From Gemmatimonadota bacterium (GTDB lineage: Bacteria; Gemmatimonadota; Gemmatimonadetes; Palauibacterales; Palauibacteraceae): a DNA stretch of 64,000 nucleotides. Position numbers and translations under genes: made by a program. Positions 19,648 through 29,017 of this stretch are shown here, in pieces. Under the pieces are notes generated by a model that searched no databases, was not told where the DNA came from, and saw nothing but the letters and a program-made list of their open reading frames with translations. The stretch lies in assembly GCA_963666735.1 (NCBI GenBank), contig OY762926.1, forward strand, positions 2,240,001 to 2,304,000, read 5' to 3'. Numbering within the stretch: the first letter of the stretch is position 1; each line of letters starts with the position of its first letter.

Positions 19648-19684
19648 CCCGGAGGACAACTTCCAGCACGGCACGGGGTTCGTC

Positions 19685-20782
19685 ATGACCGAACCGGCGG
19701 GTGGGCGCGTGGTCTCGCTCGACGCGTTCCGGGGGTTGACGATCGCGGCGATGATTCTCGTCAACAATCCCGGCAGTTGGAGCCATGTCTACGCGCCCCT
19801 CGCCCACGCGGAGTGGCACGGGTGGACGCCCACCGATCTCATCTTCCCCTACTTCCTCTTCATCGTCGGCGTCGCGCTCCCCTTCTCCTTCGCGCGCCGC
19901 CTCGCGGAGGGCACGGACCGGGGACGGCTGTTCCGGCACGTCGTGCGCCGCTCGCTCATTCTGATCGGGTTGGGTCTGGCGATGCGGGCCATCCCGGACT
20001 TCGACCTCTTCGACATGCGACTCTACGGGGTGCTGCAGCGGATCGGACTCGTGTACTGCGCGGCGGCGGCGCTCTACCTGTGGGGATCCGCGCGCGTGCG
20101 GTGGGCCGCCGTCGGCGTGCTCCTGTTCGGATACTGGGCGCTCGTGGCGGGGGACCTGTCGCCGGACGGGAATCTCGGCGCCCGGCTTGACCGGCTCATC
20201 ATGGGCGACCGGCTGTGGCAGGGGACGTGGGATCCGGAGGGGCTCCTCTCGACGTTGCCCGCCGTGGGGACGTGCCTGCTGGGGATCTTCTGCGGGGAGT
20301 GGCTCCGGTCGGAGCGCTCGGGAGTGGCGATCTCGCGCGGAATGTGGATCGCCAGCGCCTCGCTCGTCGTGCTCGGACTCGCGTGGGACACGGTGTTCCC
20401 GATCAACAAGAACCTGTGGTCGAGTTCCTACGTCCTCTTCAGCGCGGGGACGGCGCTGCTCCTGTTCGGCGCGATGTACTGGGCGATCGACGTGAAGCGG
20501 ATCCGGGACGGCGGGCGCGGGGCGTGGGTGACGCCGCTCGTCGTGTACGGGATGAATTCGATCGCGGTGTTCGTCGCCTCGGGCATGTTCGCCAAGATGC
20601 TGGCCCGCATCCGGGTCGGAGGCGACGGAGGCATGTCGCTGAGCGCGTGGTTGTACGAGAACGCGTTCCGGTCATGGGCGGGCGGCTACGGCGGATCGCT
20701 CGCGATGGCGCTGGCCCAGGTCGTGTTTTGGCTGGGCATCATGTGGCTCCTCCACCGGCGCCGCGTCTACATCAAGATCTAG
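19685..20782 (+). CDS. Heparan-alpha-glucosaminide N-acetyltransferase-like membrane acyltransferase
   Basis: SLDAFRG, HAEWHG.TPTDLIFP.FLF, GVLQRI, DPEGLLST, PINKNLWSSS. Confidence 0.9.
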   Translation: MTEPAGGRVVSLDAFRGLTIAAMILVNNPGSWSHVYAPLAHAEWHGWTPTDLIFPYFLFIVGVALPFSFARRLAEGTDRGRLFRHVVRRSLILIGLGLAMRAIPDFDLFDMRLYGVLQRIGLVYCAAAALYLWGSARVRWAAVGVLLFGYWALVAGDLSPDGNLGARLDRLIMGDRLWQGTWDPEGLLSTLPAVGTCLLGIFCGEWLRSERSGVAISRGMWIASASLVVLGLAWDTVFPINKNLWSSSYVLFSAGTALLLFGAMYWAIDVKRIRDGGRGAWVTPLVVYGMNSIAVFVASGMFAKMLARIRVGGDGGMSLSAWLYENAFRSWAGGYGGSLAMALAQVVFWLGIMWLLHRRRVYIKI

Positions 20783-20785
20783 TTT

Positions 20786-20952
20786 CTAGTGTCGTGTCCC
20801 GGAAATACGCGAGCTACCGAGAGTGCCGAGGCGCCGGACTCCGCAAGGCGCTCGGACGAGGAATGGCAGCGCCATTTCGAGGAGGAGCAACGCCGCGGAT
20901 CCGGATGCATCGGCGATCGAATAGCCGACGGATTTCCGGGACACGACACTAG
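20786..20952. mobile_element. MITE-like element: 17-bp perfect TIRs flanked by CTAG on both sides
   Basis: ctag+tgtcgtgtcccggaaat (20786-20806) ... atttccgggacacgaca+ctag (20932-20952); no transposase inside. Confidence 0.8.
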
Positions 20953-22028
20953 TGGTTTACCTGGCACGTCCGGCGGTCTACATCACCTTCCAGTCGCATA
21001 CGCATGATGTACTCGATGTCGAGATCATCCGACCACACCACATGTACCGCACCGCCAAGACCCACGTGGGTCAACGAGACGGGAAGGGGAAGCGAGACGG
21101 AACCCCGGCGCTCGCCGCAGTTGTCCAGCAGGTCCCATGTAGTTTCGGCGTTGGCGCCGGCGTGGCGAATCCAAACCCAGCCTTCGGGCGAGACATCCAA
21201 TTCGGCCGGTGCGATCTCCAGATCGAACGTACGCAGCGTATCGCCCGTGAAAGCCATCTCGTGCAGTTCGCGTCTCTCGCTGACGGATATCCAGACCGTG
21301 CCGCGCGCTGTCGAGATGGTCCAGACGTGCTCATCCCGCTCGGGCCGTTTGTCGGAGACGGCAATGCTGGCACGGGTCAGACCGATCGTCCTTTCGGTCG
21401 TTCGAGTCTCACCGCTCTCATAGACCCGAGAATCAATTGTAAGCGTGTCGCGGAACACCGCGCCGTGCTCCGGCGTCGGGACGCCACGCGCAACGTATGA
21501 GAAAGAGGTGTCGCCGATGGGCAGGCGCTGGTACTCATAGATGTGGCCCCGCGGATCGACCTGCACGATCTTGCCAACCGGATTATCCGGGTTGGTGTAG
21601 AAGTTGGTGGCGCGCATGTCTCGCCTGTACTCCACCCCGAGCGAGTCCATCACCTGCCGCTGATAGCCGTCATCGATCCAGAGCCACGCGCGGTCCGCGT
21701 CCCACGTCACGCTGGTGAGACCGGCGTACGACATGCGGCGGTGGCGACGTTCGCCGGGGCCCTCGCCCTCGGGCGCAATCTCACGGACGAGTTGTCCATC
21801 GCGGTCGAACACGCGCACGTTTTGCATGCCCGGATCGACCACGTAGATCCGGCCATCGCCGTCCACGGTGAGGTCGTGGATATCGCTGAACATGTCGGAC
21901 TCCAACCCCTCGACACGACCCAACCGGAGTTCCTCGACCAAGCGGAGATCGCCGGCCTGGGCAGCGGTAACCGACGCCGCCCAGATCAGCGAACCGAACG
22001 CCAGCGATGCGGAACTCAGTATTTGCAC
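20949..22028 (-). CDS. Exported 6-bladed beta-propeller (NHL-like) protein
   Basis: GGAGG SD before GTG; LRLVEELRLG, FS.I.DL.VDGDGRIYVVD, GEGPGE; lower GC. Confidence 0.8.
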   Translation of the reverse strand: MQILSSASLAFGSLIWAASVTAAQAGDLRLVEELRLGRVEGLESDMFSDIHDLTVDGDGRIYVVDPGMQNVRVFDRDGQLVREIAPEGEGPGERRHRRMSYAGLTSVTWDADRAWLWIDDGYQRQVMDSLGVEYRRDMRATNFYTNPDNPVGKIVQVDPRGHIYEYQRLPIGDTSFSYVARGVPTPEHGAVFRDTLTIDSRVYESGETRTTERTIGLTRASIAVSDKRPERDEHVWTISTARGTVWISVSERRELHEMAFTGDTLRTFDLEIAPAELDVSPEGWVWIRHAGANAETTWDLLDNCGERRGSVSLPLPVSLTHVGLGGAVHVVWSDDLDIEYIMRMRLEGDVDRRTCQVNH

Positions 22029-22354
22029 GAAGCCTCCGCTCTGATGTGATAGTACCCACCCCCGAGGTAGAAGCACGACACCATGTCGAAATGATCAAGC
22101 TCGCCGCCATCTTCCTCGCATTCGGCTGCGATCGCATCTGCAATCGCACTCGCGATCTCCGTGCAGTTTGAAGCCGTCGCTCCGCCGGCATCCGTGAAGG
22201 TCGTGCATGCCATCGTGTCGATCAATTCGAGTGCGATGACAGGCGTAGCGGCAGTCTGGGTTTCGGTCGCCAAAGCCGCCGACAACGGCATCACGGCGAT
22301 CAACATGAGCAACCCGACGACGAACGAGCCGACACGAAGCAATCCGAACCTCAT
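22016..22354 (-). CDS. Small secreted Cys-rich protein (112 aa, 5 Cys)
   Basis: GGGAGGA SD before ATG; signal peptide ending ALA; overlaps propeller start by 13 nt. Confidence 0.7.
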   Translation of the reverse strand: MRFGLLRVGSFVVGLLMLIAVMPLSAALATETQTAATPVIALELIDTMACTTFTDAGGATASNCTEIASAIADAIAAECEEDGGELDHFDMVSCFYLGGGYYHIRAEASCKY

Positions 22355-22459
22355 GATATCCTCCCGCGTTGCAGAGTCTCCGACGACCAACAGGGCCGCT
22401 TTGCCGAGGGAGATGGTACCGCGAGGCCGGGGGGGGACAAGTTCTGATTGGGAAGCAAC

Positions 22460-24883
22460 CTAAGGGATGTCAGCCGCCGCGATCTCCTCGAGCACGCGTT
22501 CGGGGCGCAGCGGGAGGCGGCGCATGCGCACGCCCGTCGCGTCGTGGATCGCGTTGGCGACCGCCGCCGGAACCGTGCGGTGCGACGGTTCCCCTGCTCC
22601 GTAGTGAGGCAGGTCGGGGCGATCCGGGTTCGGGTCCCCGTTCACGATCACGACGTCGATCTGCTCGGGCGCATCCCGGTGCGTGATGGTCGGGTGCGTG
22701 CGCCAGTCGACGCTCGTCACCTTCTCGCCGTCGAACCGGACTTCCTCGAACAGGGTCCGGCTGATTCCGTGCAGAAGATTGCCCTGGATCGTGCTCTCGA
22801 GGCCGTCGGGGTTGATCACGAGGCCGCAGTCGTGCGCGCAGACCATGCGCTTCACCCACACGCGCCCGCTTTCGCGGTCGACCTCGACCTCTGCGATCGT
22901 GGCGACCGTCGTCTGGATGCGATACGCGTAGGAGATGCCGCGCCCCGTGAGGATGCGCCCGTCGCCCCGGGCGCGGGGTGAGGGCCGCGCGTCCCAGCCG
23001 TACGCGTCAGCCGCCGCCTCGACGACGGCGATCGAACGGGCCCGGCGGAACGTCGGGTCGTCCTCGTCCGTACCGCGCAGGAGACGGAGGCGGAACTCGA
23101 CCGGATCCGCGTTCGCCGCCGCCGCCAGCTCGTCGATGAACGACTCCCCGGCGAACGCGGTCTGCGGCCCGTTCGGGTCGCGCAGGTTGCCGGTGCGAAG
23201 CGGCGTCTCGAAGGCGAGCGGGAAGCGGACGGCCCGCGTCTCCTCGCGCCGGTTCGAAATGTGGTACATGGCGTCGGGCCCGCGGCCGCCCCCGGGGGAG
23301 GGCCGCTCGGGCCGGATCCCCATGAGTTGGGCGATAAGCACCGTGTCCGCCTGGTTGTAGCCCACGTGCGCGTAGTTGGCGATCCGGGCGCGATAATCGA
23401 GCCCGACCAGGTTGCCGGCGTCATCGAGACCGCCGCGGATGTCGATGGCGAAGGCCGGTCCCTTCGTGTCCCACACCGTCTCCTCGTGCCGCATCCACTG
23501 CACTCGCACGGGTCGGCCCAGCTCCCGGGCCAGGTACGCCGCCTCGAAGCCCGCGTCGTCCGCCGCCGTGCGCCCGTAGAGTTGCGGGCCCTCCATCCAG
23601 ATCACCCGCACCTGCTCCGGCGGCATGCCGAGGAACTCGGCGATCCCCGTGCGGTGGCTGTAGGGCTTCATGTCGTTCGTATAGATCGTCATCTGCCCGT
23701 CCGACGGGTCGGCCACGGCGTGCGCCGGCCCGATCGCCGTGTGCCCCTGGAAGGGGATGTCGTAGCCGGCTTCGACGACCGTCGCCGCGCCGGCGAGCGC
23801 CGCGTCGGGATCGCCTTCCTCACGGGGACGGGGAGGCCCGCCGCCCCCGGCCGCGCCGACCGGGGCCGCGCCGCGCATGTAGTCGAACAGGTCCTCGGAG
23901 GACGGGAAGGGCGCCGTTTCCGGCTTCTCCCACTCGACCGCAAGGCGCTCCGCCGCCTGGATCGCCTGCTCCTCCCGCTCGCAGACGACCGCGACGTAGT
24001 TCCCCTCGCGGAAGACGCGGAGGAGGCCGGGGATGTCGCGCACCGAGGACTCGTCGATCAAGACCAGCCTCGCGCCGGCGAAGGGCGGCCGCACGTTCCG
24101 CGCGTGGACCATGCCGGGGAGCTTCACGTCGACCGCCCACTCGAGCGATCCGTCAACCTTGGCGGGAATGTCGTACCGCGGGATGGACTGGCCGACGATC
24201 TTCAGTTCCTGGACCGGCTTCACGGGCGCGAGGCCGGTCGTCTCGTTGACGTTGCGGCCCGTGAGGGCGACGTCGAAGCGCCGGCCGCCGATCAGGTCGC
24301 CGTACGTGGCCGCGCGCGCCGGATCGTCGGCCACCGAGATCACGCCTTCGTGGACAGTGAGTTCGTCGACCGGAACCTCGAAGCGCTCCGAAGCCATCTC
24401 CAGCAGGACCCGCCGCGCCTCCGCCGCGACCCGCCGCGCCGCCAGTGCGTCCCGCTCGATCGCGTCCGAACCGCCCGAGCCGCCCTGGTCCACGGTCATG
24501 TCCGTCCGGCCCATGACGAGCGTGGCCCGGTCGTACGCGAGATCGAGTTCGTCGCACATCATCTGCCGCATGGCGGTCCCGGTCCCCTGTCCGCCATCGG
24601 TCTTGCCGACGTAGAAGGTCGCCGTGCCGTCCTCGTGCACGACGAGCCACGAGTCGAGCTGGAGGAAGTCCGGATCCGGATACGGGTTGACCGTGTCGGC
24701 GTGGCCGGAGCCGCTCCGGCCGACTCCGGCCACGCCAAAGCCGCCCACGCCAAGGCCGCCCACGCCGCTGAAGCCGAGGACGAAGAGCCCCGAGGTCTTC
24801 AGGAAGTCGCGGCGAGAGCTGATCCCCTCCCACGGGGCCAGAGCCCGGTCCATTCCCGACGGGAACTCCGCGGCGCGCTTCAC
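22460..24883 (-). CDS. Xanthine-dehydrogenase-family molybdopterin-binding subunit (IorB-like), Tat-exported
   Basis: SRRDFLK Tat motif, GQGTGT, HDCG..INP, GAGEP, AVANAI.DATGVR.R.LP. Confidence 0.9.
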   Translation of the reverse strand: MKRAAEFPSGMDRALAPWEGISSRRDFLKTSGLFVLGFSGVGGLGVGGFGVAGVGRSGSGHADTVNPYPDPDFLQLDSWLVVHEDGTATFYVGKTDGGQGTGTAMRQMMCDELDLAYDRATLVMGRTDMTVDQGGSGGSDAIERDALAARRVAAEARRVLLEMASERFEVPVDELTVHEGVISVADDPARAATYGDLIGGRRFDVALTGRNVNETTGLAPVKPVQELKIVGQSIPRYDIPAKVDGSLEWAVDVKLPGMVHARNVRPPFAGARLVLIDESSVRDIPGLLRVFREGNYVAVVCEREEQAIQAAERLAVEWEKPETAPFPSSEDLFDYMRGAAPVGAAGGGGPPRPREEGDPDAALAGAATVVEAGYDIPFQGHTAIGPAHAVADPSDGQMTIYTNDMKPYSHRTGIAEFLGMPPEQVRVIWMEGPQLYGRTAADDAGFEAAYLARELGRPVRVQWMRHEETVWDTKGPAFAIDIRGGLDDAGNLVGLDYRARIANYAHVGYNQADTVLIAQLMGIRPERPSPGGGRGPDAMYHISNRREETRAVRFPLAFETPLRTGNLRDPNGPQTAFAGESFIDELAAAANADPVEFRLRLLRGTDEDDPTFRRARSIAVVEAAADAYGWDARPSPRARGDGRILTGRGISYAYRIQTTVATIAEVEVDRESGRVWVKRMVCAHDCGLVINPDGLESTIQGNLLHGISRTLFEEVRFDGEKVTSVDWRTHPTITHRDAPEQIDVVIVNGDPNPDRPDLPHYGAGEPSHRTVPAAVANAIHDATGVRMRRLPLRPERVLEEIAAADIP

Positions 24884-25362
24884 CGGCCCACCTCACCGCC
24901 GGACTCGGCGGCCATCGCATCCGAGGCGCGCCTCACGGCAGACTGGATCCGGTAGTACGTCATGCAGCGGCAGAGGGCGCCGTTCATCCCCTGCCGGATC
25001 TCCTCGTCGCTGGGCGTCGGATTGCGGTCGAGCAGGGCCTTGGCGGTGAGGATCTGGCCGTTCTGGCAGTACCCGCACTGGGGCACCTGTTCGTCGATCC
25101 ACGCCTGCTGGACCGGATCCGGTTCGCCATCGGCCGAAAGCCCCTCGAGCGTGGTGATTTCGCCGGTCGCGCGGGATACCGGCCGCATGCAGGAGCGGAT
25201 CGCGCGCCCGTCCATGAGCACGGTGCACGTCCCGCACTGGCCGAGGCCGCAGCCGAATCGCGGCCCCCGCAGTCCGAGATCGTTCCGGAGCACGTAGAGC
25301 AGCGTCGTCGAGGGATCCACATCGACCGTATGCGTCTCGCCGTTCACCCGCAGCGTGATCAC
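24880..25362 (-). CDS. (2Fe-2S)-binding subunit (IorA/CoxS-like)
   Basis: GCGLGQCGTCTV, QCGYCQ, CRC; GTGA overlaps on both sides. Confidence 0.93.
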   Translation of the reverse strand: MITLRVNGETHTVDVDPSTTLLYVLRNDLGLRGPRFGCGLGQCGTCTVLMDGRAIRSCMRPVSRATGEITTLEGLSADGEPDPVQQAWIDEQVPQCGYCQNGQILTAKALLDRNPTPSDEEIRQGMNGALCRCMTYYRIQSAVRRASDAMAAESGGEVGR

Positions 25363-26888
25363 GGAGCGACGCACTCGAAGCTGTCCTCGCGCTTCGGGTC
25401 GCCGGTGCCGTTGTAGGCGGCGTAGGCCGGCCACGGGCACACGGGCCGCTGCATCTCGACGCCGCTCTCGCCGAACTTCGTCGCCACGAGCCGCTCGGGG
25501 GCCTCATCCGCCTCGACCCACGACTGGATGGCGGCGATCCAGTCGACGAAGTCCGGGCCCGGACCGCCCGCGCAGTGCAGCACGCCGGGCAGCATGAACA
25601 ATCGTGTGTATTCATCCGCCTCCTCGTCGCCGGCGGCCACGCCCTCGTAGTAGTCGATCGTGCCGCTGGCCGGGATCGCGGAGTCCGACCAGCCGGTCCA
25701 GAGGATCAGCTTGCCGCCCGCCGTCCTGAACCCGCTCAGGTCCGTGTCCGTCGCGTTGAGGAGCCCTCGGGCGCGGCGCGTGTCCTCCTCCCACGCGAAG
25801 TAGTCGCTGAAATCGTACGTGGAGTAGTCGAAGTCCGGATCGTCGAAGATGATGTACTTGTACATCTGGGTGCCGAAGGCATAGTGGAGGTTCGGTCCGC
25901 CCGGGCCCAACTGCATCTCCCGCCCCGTGACCCACAGCTTCCACCCGCCCTGGTCCGTCTCGCCTCCGAAGGGGAGCCCCGGATAGATGTGCCGGTCTCC
26001 GGCGCGGGCGCCGCCGTAGATCACCTCCGCCGCCGCCCGCTGCTCGTCCGTAAGCCCCTCGATCGCGCCGAGGTCGACGTCGCATGCCGCGGGGTTCGTC
26101 ATGAACCCGTCTTCCACGCCGTCGTTCCCGTCGCACGCCGCGAGGATCGCCGCTTCGAGGATCGCCGCGGCCTCGTCGGTGATGACCGGACTCGCGAGGT
26201 CGTTCGGATCCGGATACAGAGCCTGCTGTGTCTGGAGAAAGAAGGCGCCCAGACCGGGCCAGTCGTAGGCGGGGGCCCCCGCCACGATGCCGTCGAAGTC
26301 GTCCGGATAGCGCTGCGACGACATCATCGCCTGGCCGCCGCCGCGGGAGCAGCCGATGAAATACGAATACTCGATGTCGCGGCCGTAGAAGAGCCGAACG
26401 ATGGTCTTCGCGGTTTCCGCCGTCACGTGCACCGCCCGGTGGCCGAAGTTCACCTCGCGGTCGGGCCGGTCCAGCGCCCAGCTCGCATCGATGCCCGGCC
26501 CCTGGTGTCCCGTGTCCGTCCCCGCCGTGGCGAAGCCGCGAGTCAGCACCGAGACCGGCCCGGCGAACTGGAGCGCCTGGTTCTGGACGCTCCCCACGAA
26601 CCCGCCTCCGCCGCCCATGAGGAAGCGGCCGTTCCACTCCTCGGCCAATGGGAGGAGGAGTTCGAAGTGGATCTCCGCGTCGATCGTCCCGCGTACGCGG
26701 CAGTGGGCCGGATCGTTCGCGCCGGCCTCGACCTCCGACACATCGTCCAGCACGAAGCCGCTCCACGACATGGAGGTCAGCTGGTCACAGGTGAGGGCGG
26801 GCACGAGGTCGGCCGCGGGGGCGGGGGTGAAGGCGGCCAGGATCAGGACGGCGGCAGACGAAACCGCGAAGCGGCGCGACGGAGTCAT
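25359..26888 (-). CDS. Tannase/feruloyl esterase family alpha/beta hydrolase, exported
   Basis: WNGRF..GGGG, TDTGH, GCSRGG, GVLHCAGG (CS-D-HC motif), RPVCPWP. Confidence 0.9.
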   Translation of the reverse strand: MTPSRRFAVSSAAVLILAAFTPAPAADLVPALTCDQLTSMSWSGFVLDDVSEVEAGANDPAHCRVRGTIDAEIHFELLLPLAEEWNGRFLMGGGGGFVGSVQNQALQFAGPVSVLTRGFATAGTDTGHQGPGIDASWALDRPDREVNFGHRAVHVTAETAKTIVRLFYGRDIEYSYFIGCSRGGGQAMMSSQRYPDDFDGIVAGAPAYDWPGLGAFFLQTQQALYPDPNDLASPVITDEAAAILEAAILAACDGNDGVEDGFMTNPAACDVDLGAIEGLTDEQRAAAEVIYGGARAGDRHIYPGLPFGGETDQGGWKLWVTGREMQLGPGGPNLHYAFGTQMYKYIIFDDPDFDYSTYDFSDYFAWEEDTRRARGLLNATDTDLSGFRTAGGKLILWTGWSDSAIPASGTIDYYEGVAAGDEEADEYTRLFMLPGVLHCAGGPGPDFVDWIAAIQSWVEADEAPERLVATKFGESGVEMQRPVCPWPAYAAYNGTGDPKREDSFECVAP

Positions 26889-27030
26889 TTGTTTCCCCGG
26901 GTCGGAGTGTCCCGCGACTGGCACCTCCGAGCGCGACCCGCGGGCCAGGGCTCGGAGGCGCGACCGAACAGAGTTACGGTGCCGTCGGGGACGCCGGGCC
27001 GCAACGGTCTCCGGGCCCGGGGTCGCGGAT

Positions 27031-28533
27031 TCAGTGCGGCTTGTCGGGCCAGCGAAGACGGACCTTGTGCGCACCCATGTGGGTCTGGAAGATCTGCTCC
27101 GCCTCGTCGTGCGTGATCTCGCCTGCCTCGACGGCCGTGCGGAGCCGGCGAACCTCCATGGCCAACTCGGTGGTCATCTCATCCAACTCATCCAACCCTG
27201 GACCTGACCATTCCTTCAAGTGCTTCCTCACGGTTGCCATACGCAACCACAGATCCCCGGGGATCGTTTCACCCTTGGGGATCATCGCTTTCGTGAGTTC
27301 CCCCGCTCGCAGGCGCTCCGCCAGATTCTCGCGTACACGCTCCATGCGCTCGAGCGTTGCGCGGATTTCCGCTTCGGCTTCCGGGTCGAGCTTGAGGGCC
27401 TGGAAGGTTCCGTCTTCGCGTACGTACCCGACGCCCGCTTCCGGATCGACCGCCCATTTCCCCGAGTGGACCAGGTGGTTTCCATCCTCGTCCACGTACC
27501 CGGTCTCCGCTTCCAGGCCGGAACCCGCGCGCGGGCCGACAGTGGTTTCCGCGCCAATGATTCCTTCCACGCCGACGACGCCTTCCAGACGGGAGGCGCG
27601 CTCGGGCTCGCCCGGGCTCTGCGGGATCGGGGTGTCGCAGGCCAGCGCGAACAGTCCCAGCCCGGCGGCGGCGGCCATGATGGCAGCCCGGATTCGGGGC
27701 TTTCTCGTCGCAGTGCTGATCATCATGAGTCTCCTTTCGATTGCAGGGTGGCCGCCACGAATCAGGGCCGGCACCGTATCCGGCGTCCACCGGCACCCGG
27801 CGGCGACCGTCAAGAGAAGGCGCGCGTAGCTTTGCGCCGGTGTGCCACGGGCCAGAACGCGGCGGTCGCAGTCTCCCTCGACGGCGAAGCGGAGCCGTGC
27901 CATCAACCACCAGACCGCGGGATTCCAGGGCGAGAGCGAGGCGAGCAGGAGCCCCGTCGCCAGGAGTACCGGATCGCGCGCCCGCACATGCTCCCGTTCG
28001 TGGAGGACGACCATCTCGAGTTCCCTCTCGCCGAGGCCGAAGGTCCACGACGGAAGGACGATCCAGGACCGGATCAGCCCCACGACCGCCGGCCCGAACC
28101 GCTCCGACCGCAGGACTTCCTCTCCGCAGACCTCCCGGGGCTCCCACCTCGCCCGCAGCCGCCGGAGCCGGAGGCAAAACAGGGCAAGAAATATGAGGAC
28201 GAGTACCGAGCCCAGGATCCAGACGGCTCCGAGAGCGTCCTCCAGCCGCATCCCGGCGAGCACGTTCCCACTCTGTACCGGGATCGCGGCTCCCGGCGTC
28301 CCGAGTTCGTACAGGGCGTGGACGGGAATAGCGAGCGGTCCGGGACCGTCCGTGGTTGCCGCGGCGGGGAGGAGCCGGGGGAAGAACGGCGCCGGTCCGC
28401 CGACCCCGAGGGCGCCGATCCAGACCCACCGGGTCGGCCGACCGAGGGCCCGCAGACCGCGATCGAGGAACCACGCGGCCCCGGCGACGAGGACGGCGAC
28501 GATCAGTCCGTAGATCATCGTGGCCAGTGTCAT
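27031..28533 (-). CDS. BlaR1-like peptidase M56 with uncharacterised C-terminal region
   Basis: GPAVVG, HEREH, WNP.VW, E.DCD. Confidence 0.88.
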   Translation of the reverse strand: MTLATMIYGLIVAVLVAGAAWFLDRGLRALGRPTRWVWIGALGVGGPAPFFPRLLPAAATTDGPGPLAIPVHALYELGTPGAAIPVQSGNVLAGMRLEDALGAVWILGSVLVLIFLALFCLRLRRLRARWEPREVCGEEVLRSERFGPAVVGLIRSWIVLPSWTFGLGERELEMVVLHEREHVRARDPVLLATGLLLASLSPWNPAVWWLMARLRFAVEGDCDRRVLARGTPAQSYARLLLTVAAGCRWTPDTVPALIRGGHPAIERRLMMISTATRKPRIRAAIMAAAAGLGLFALACDTPIPQSPGEPERASRLEGVVGVEGIIGAETTVGPRAGSGLEAETGYVDEDGNHLVHSGKWAVDPEAGVGYVREDGTFQALKLDPEAEAEIRATLERMERVRENLAERLRAGELTKAMIPKGETIPGDLWLRMATVRKHLKEWSGPGLDELDEMTTELAMEVRRLRTAVEAGEITHDEAEQIFQTHMGAHKVRLRWPDKPH

Positions 28534-28904
28534 GGCTCGCTCTCCTCCAGTTCATCGAGGATCCGCCGCATGCGCTCCAGTTCTTCCGGCGAGACCTCGC
28601 GGCCCGAGATGAGTTGCGCGAGCACGAGTTCCGCCGACCCGCCGAAGATCTTGTCCCGGATCCGGGACAGGGCCGTCTCTCCGGCCGTATCGGAGGCGAC
28701 GAGCGGGAAGTAGCGATACGCGCGACCCTCGACCTCGTGCCGGACGGCGCCCTTTTTCTCCAGGATCTGGAGGATCTTGAGCACCGTCGTGTAGCCGACC
28801 CCGTCGTCGAGCGCGTCCTGAACCTCGCTCACCGAACCGGACCCCCTGCGCCACAAGACGCTCATGATGTCCAGTTCCCGGTCGCTGAATGTCGGGTCTC
28901 TCAA
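28530..28904 (-). CDS. BlaI/MecI/CopY family repressor
   Basis: RELDIMSVLW, YTTVLKIL..LEKKG, FGGS; TTG start after AGGGGG. Confidence 0.9.
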   Translation of the reverse strand: MRDPTFSDRELDIMSVLWRRGSGSVSEVQDALDDGVGYTTVLKILQILEKKGAVRHEVEGRAYRYFPLVASDTAGETALSRIRDKIFGGSAELVLAQLISGREVSPEELERMRRILDELEESEP

Positions 28905-28954
28905 GGTCTGACCCCCTTGCCGGCCCTTGTTGGCTACGTCGCGGTCCAGCCATA

Positions 28955-29017
28955 TACGAACATCTTCGTACGAGAGGATACGTGGCTCTGCCCTCGCTGT
29001 CAACGAAGATCTTCGTA
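28955..29017 (-). promoter_or_regulatory. Sigma70-type promoter TTGACA-N17-TATCCT flanked by two palindromic operators (TACGAA-N4-TTCGTA consensus)
   Basis: -35 at 29003-28998, -10 at 28980-28975; palindromes at 28955-28970 and 29003-29016. Confidence 0.8.

Noticed and set aside
17968..19767. Long antisense ORFs (also 10075-11691, 23261-24955, 54868-56727)
   Set aside because: They mirror real genes codon-for-codon and show no motifs.
20789..21007. 72-aa ORF inside the MITE-like element as a transposase
   Set aside because: Too short, no DDE motif, and it crosses the element boundary.
27031..28904. Beta-lactam resistance locus
   Set aside because: The M56 protein lacks a penicillin-binding sensor domain and no beta-lactamase is adjacent; the distant SxxK hydrolases are generic.
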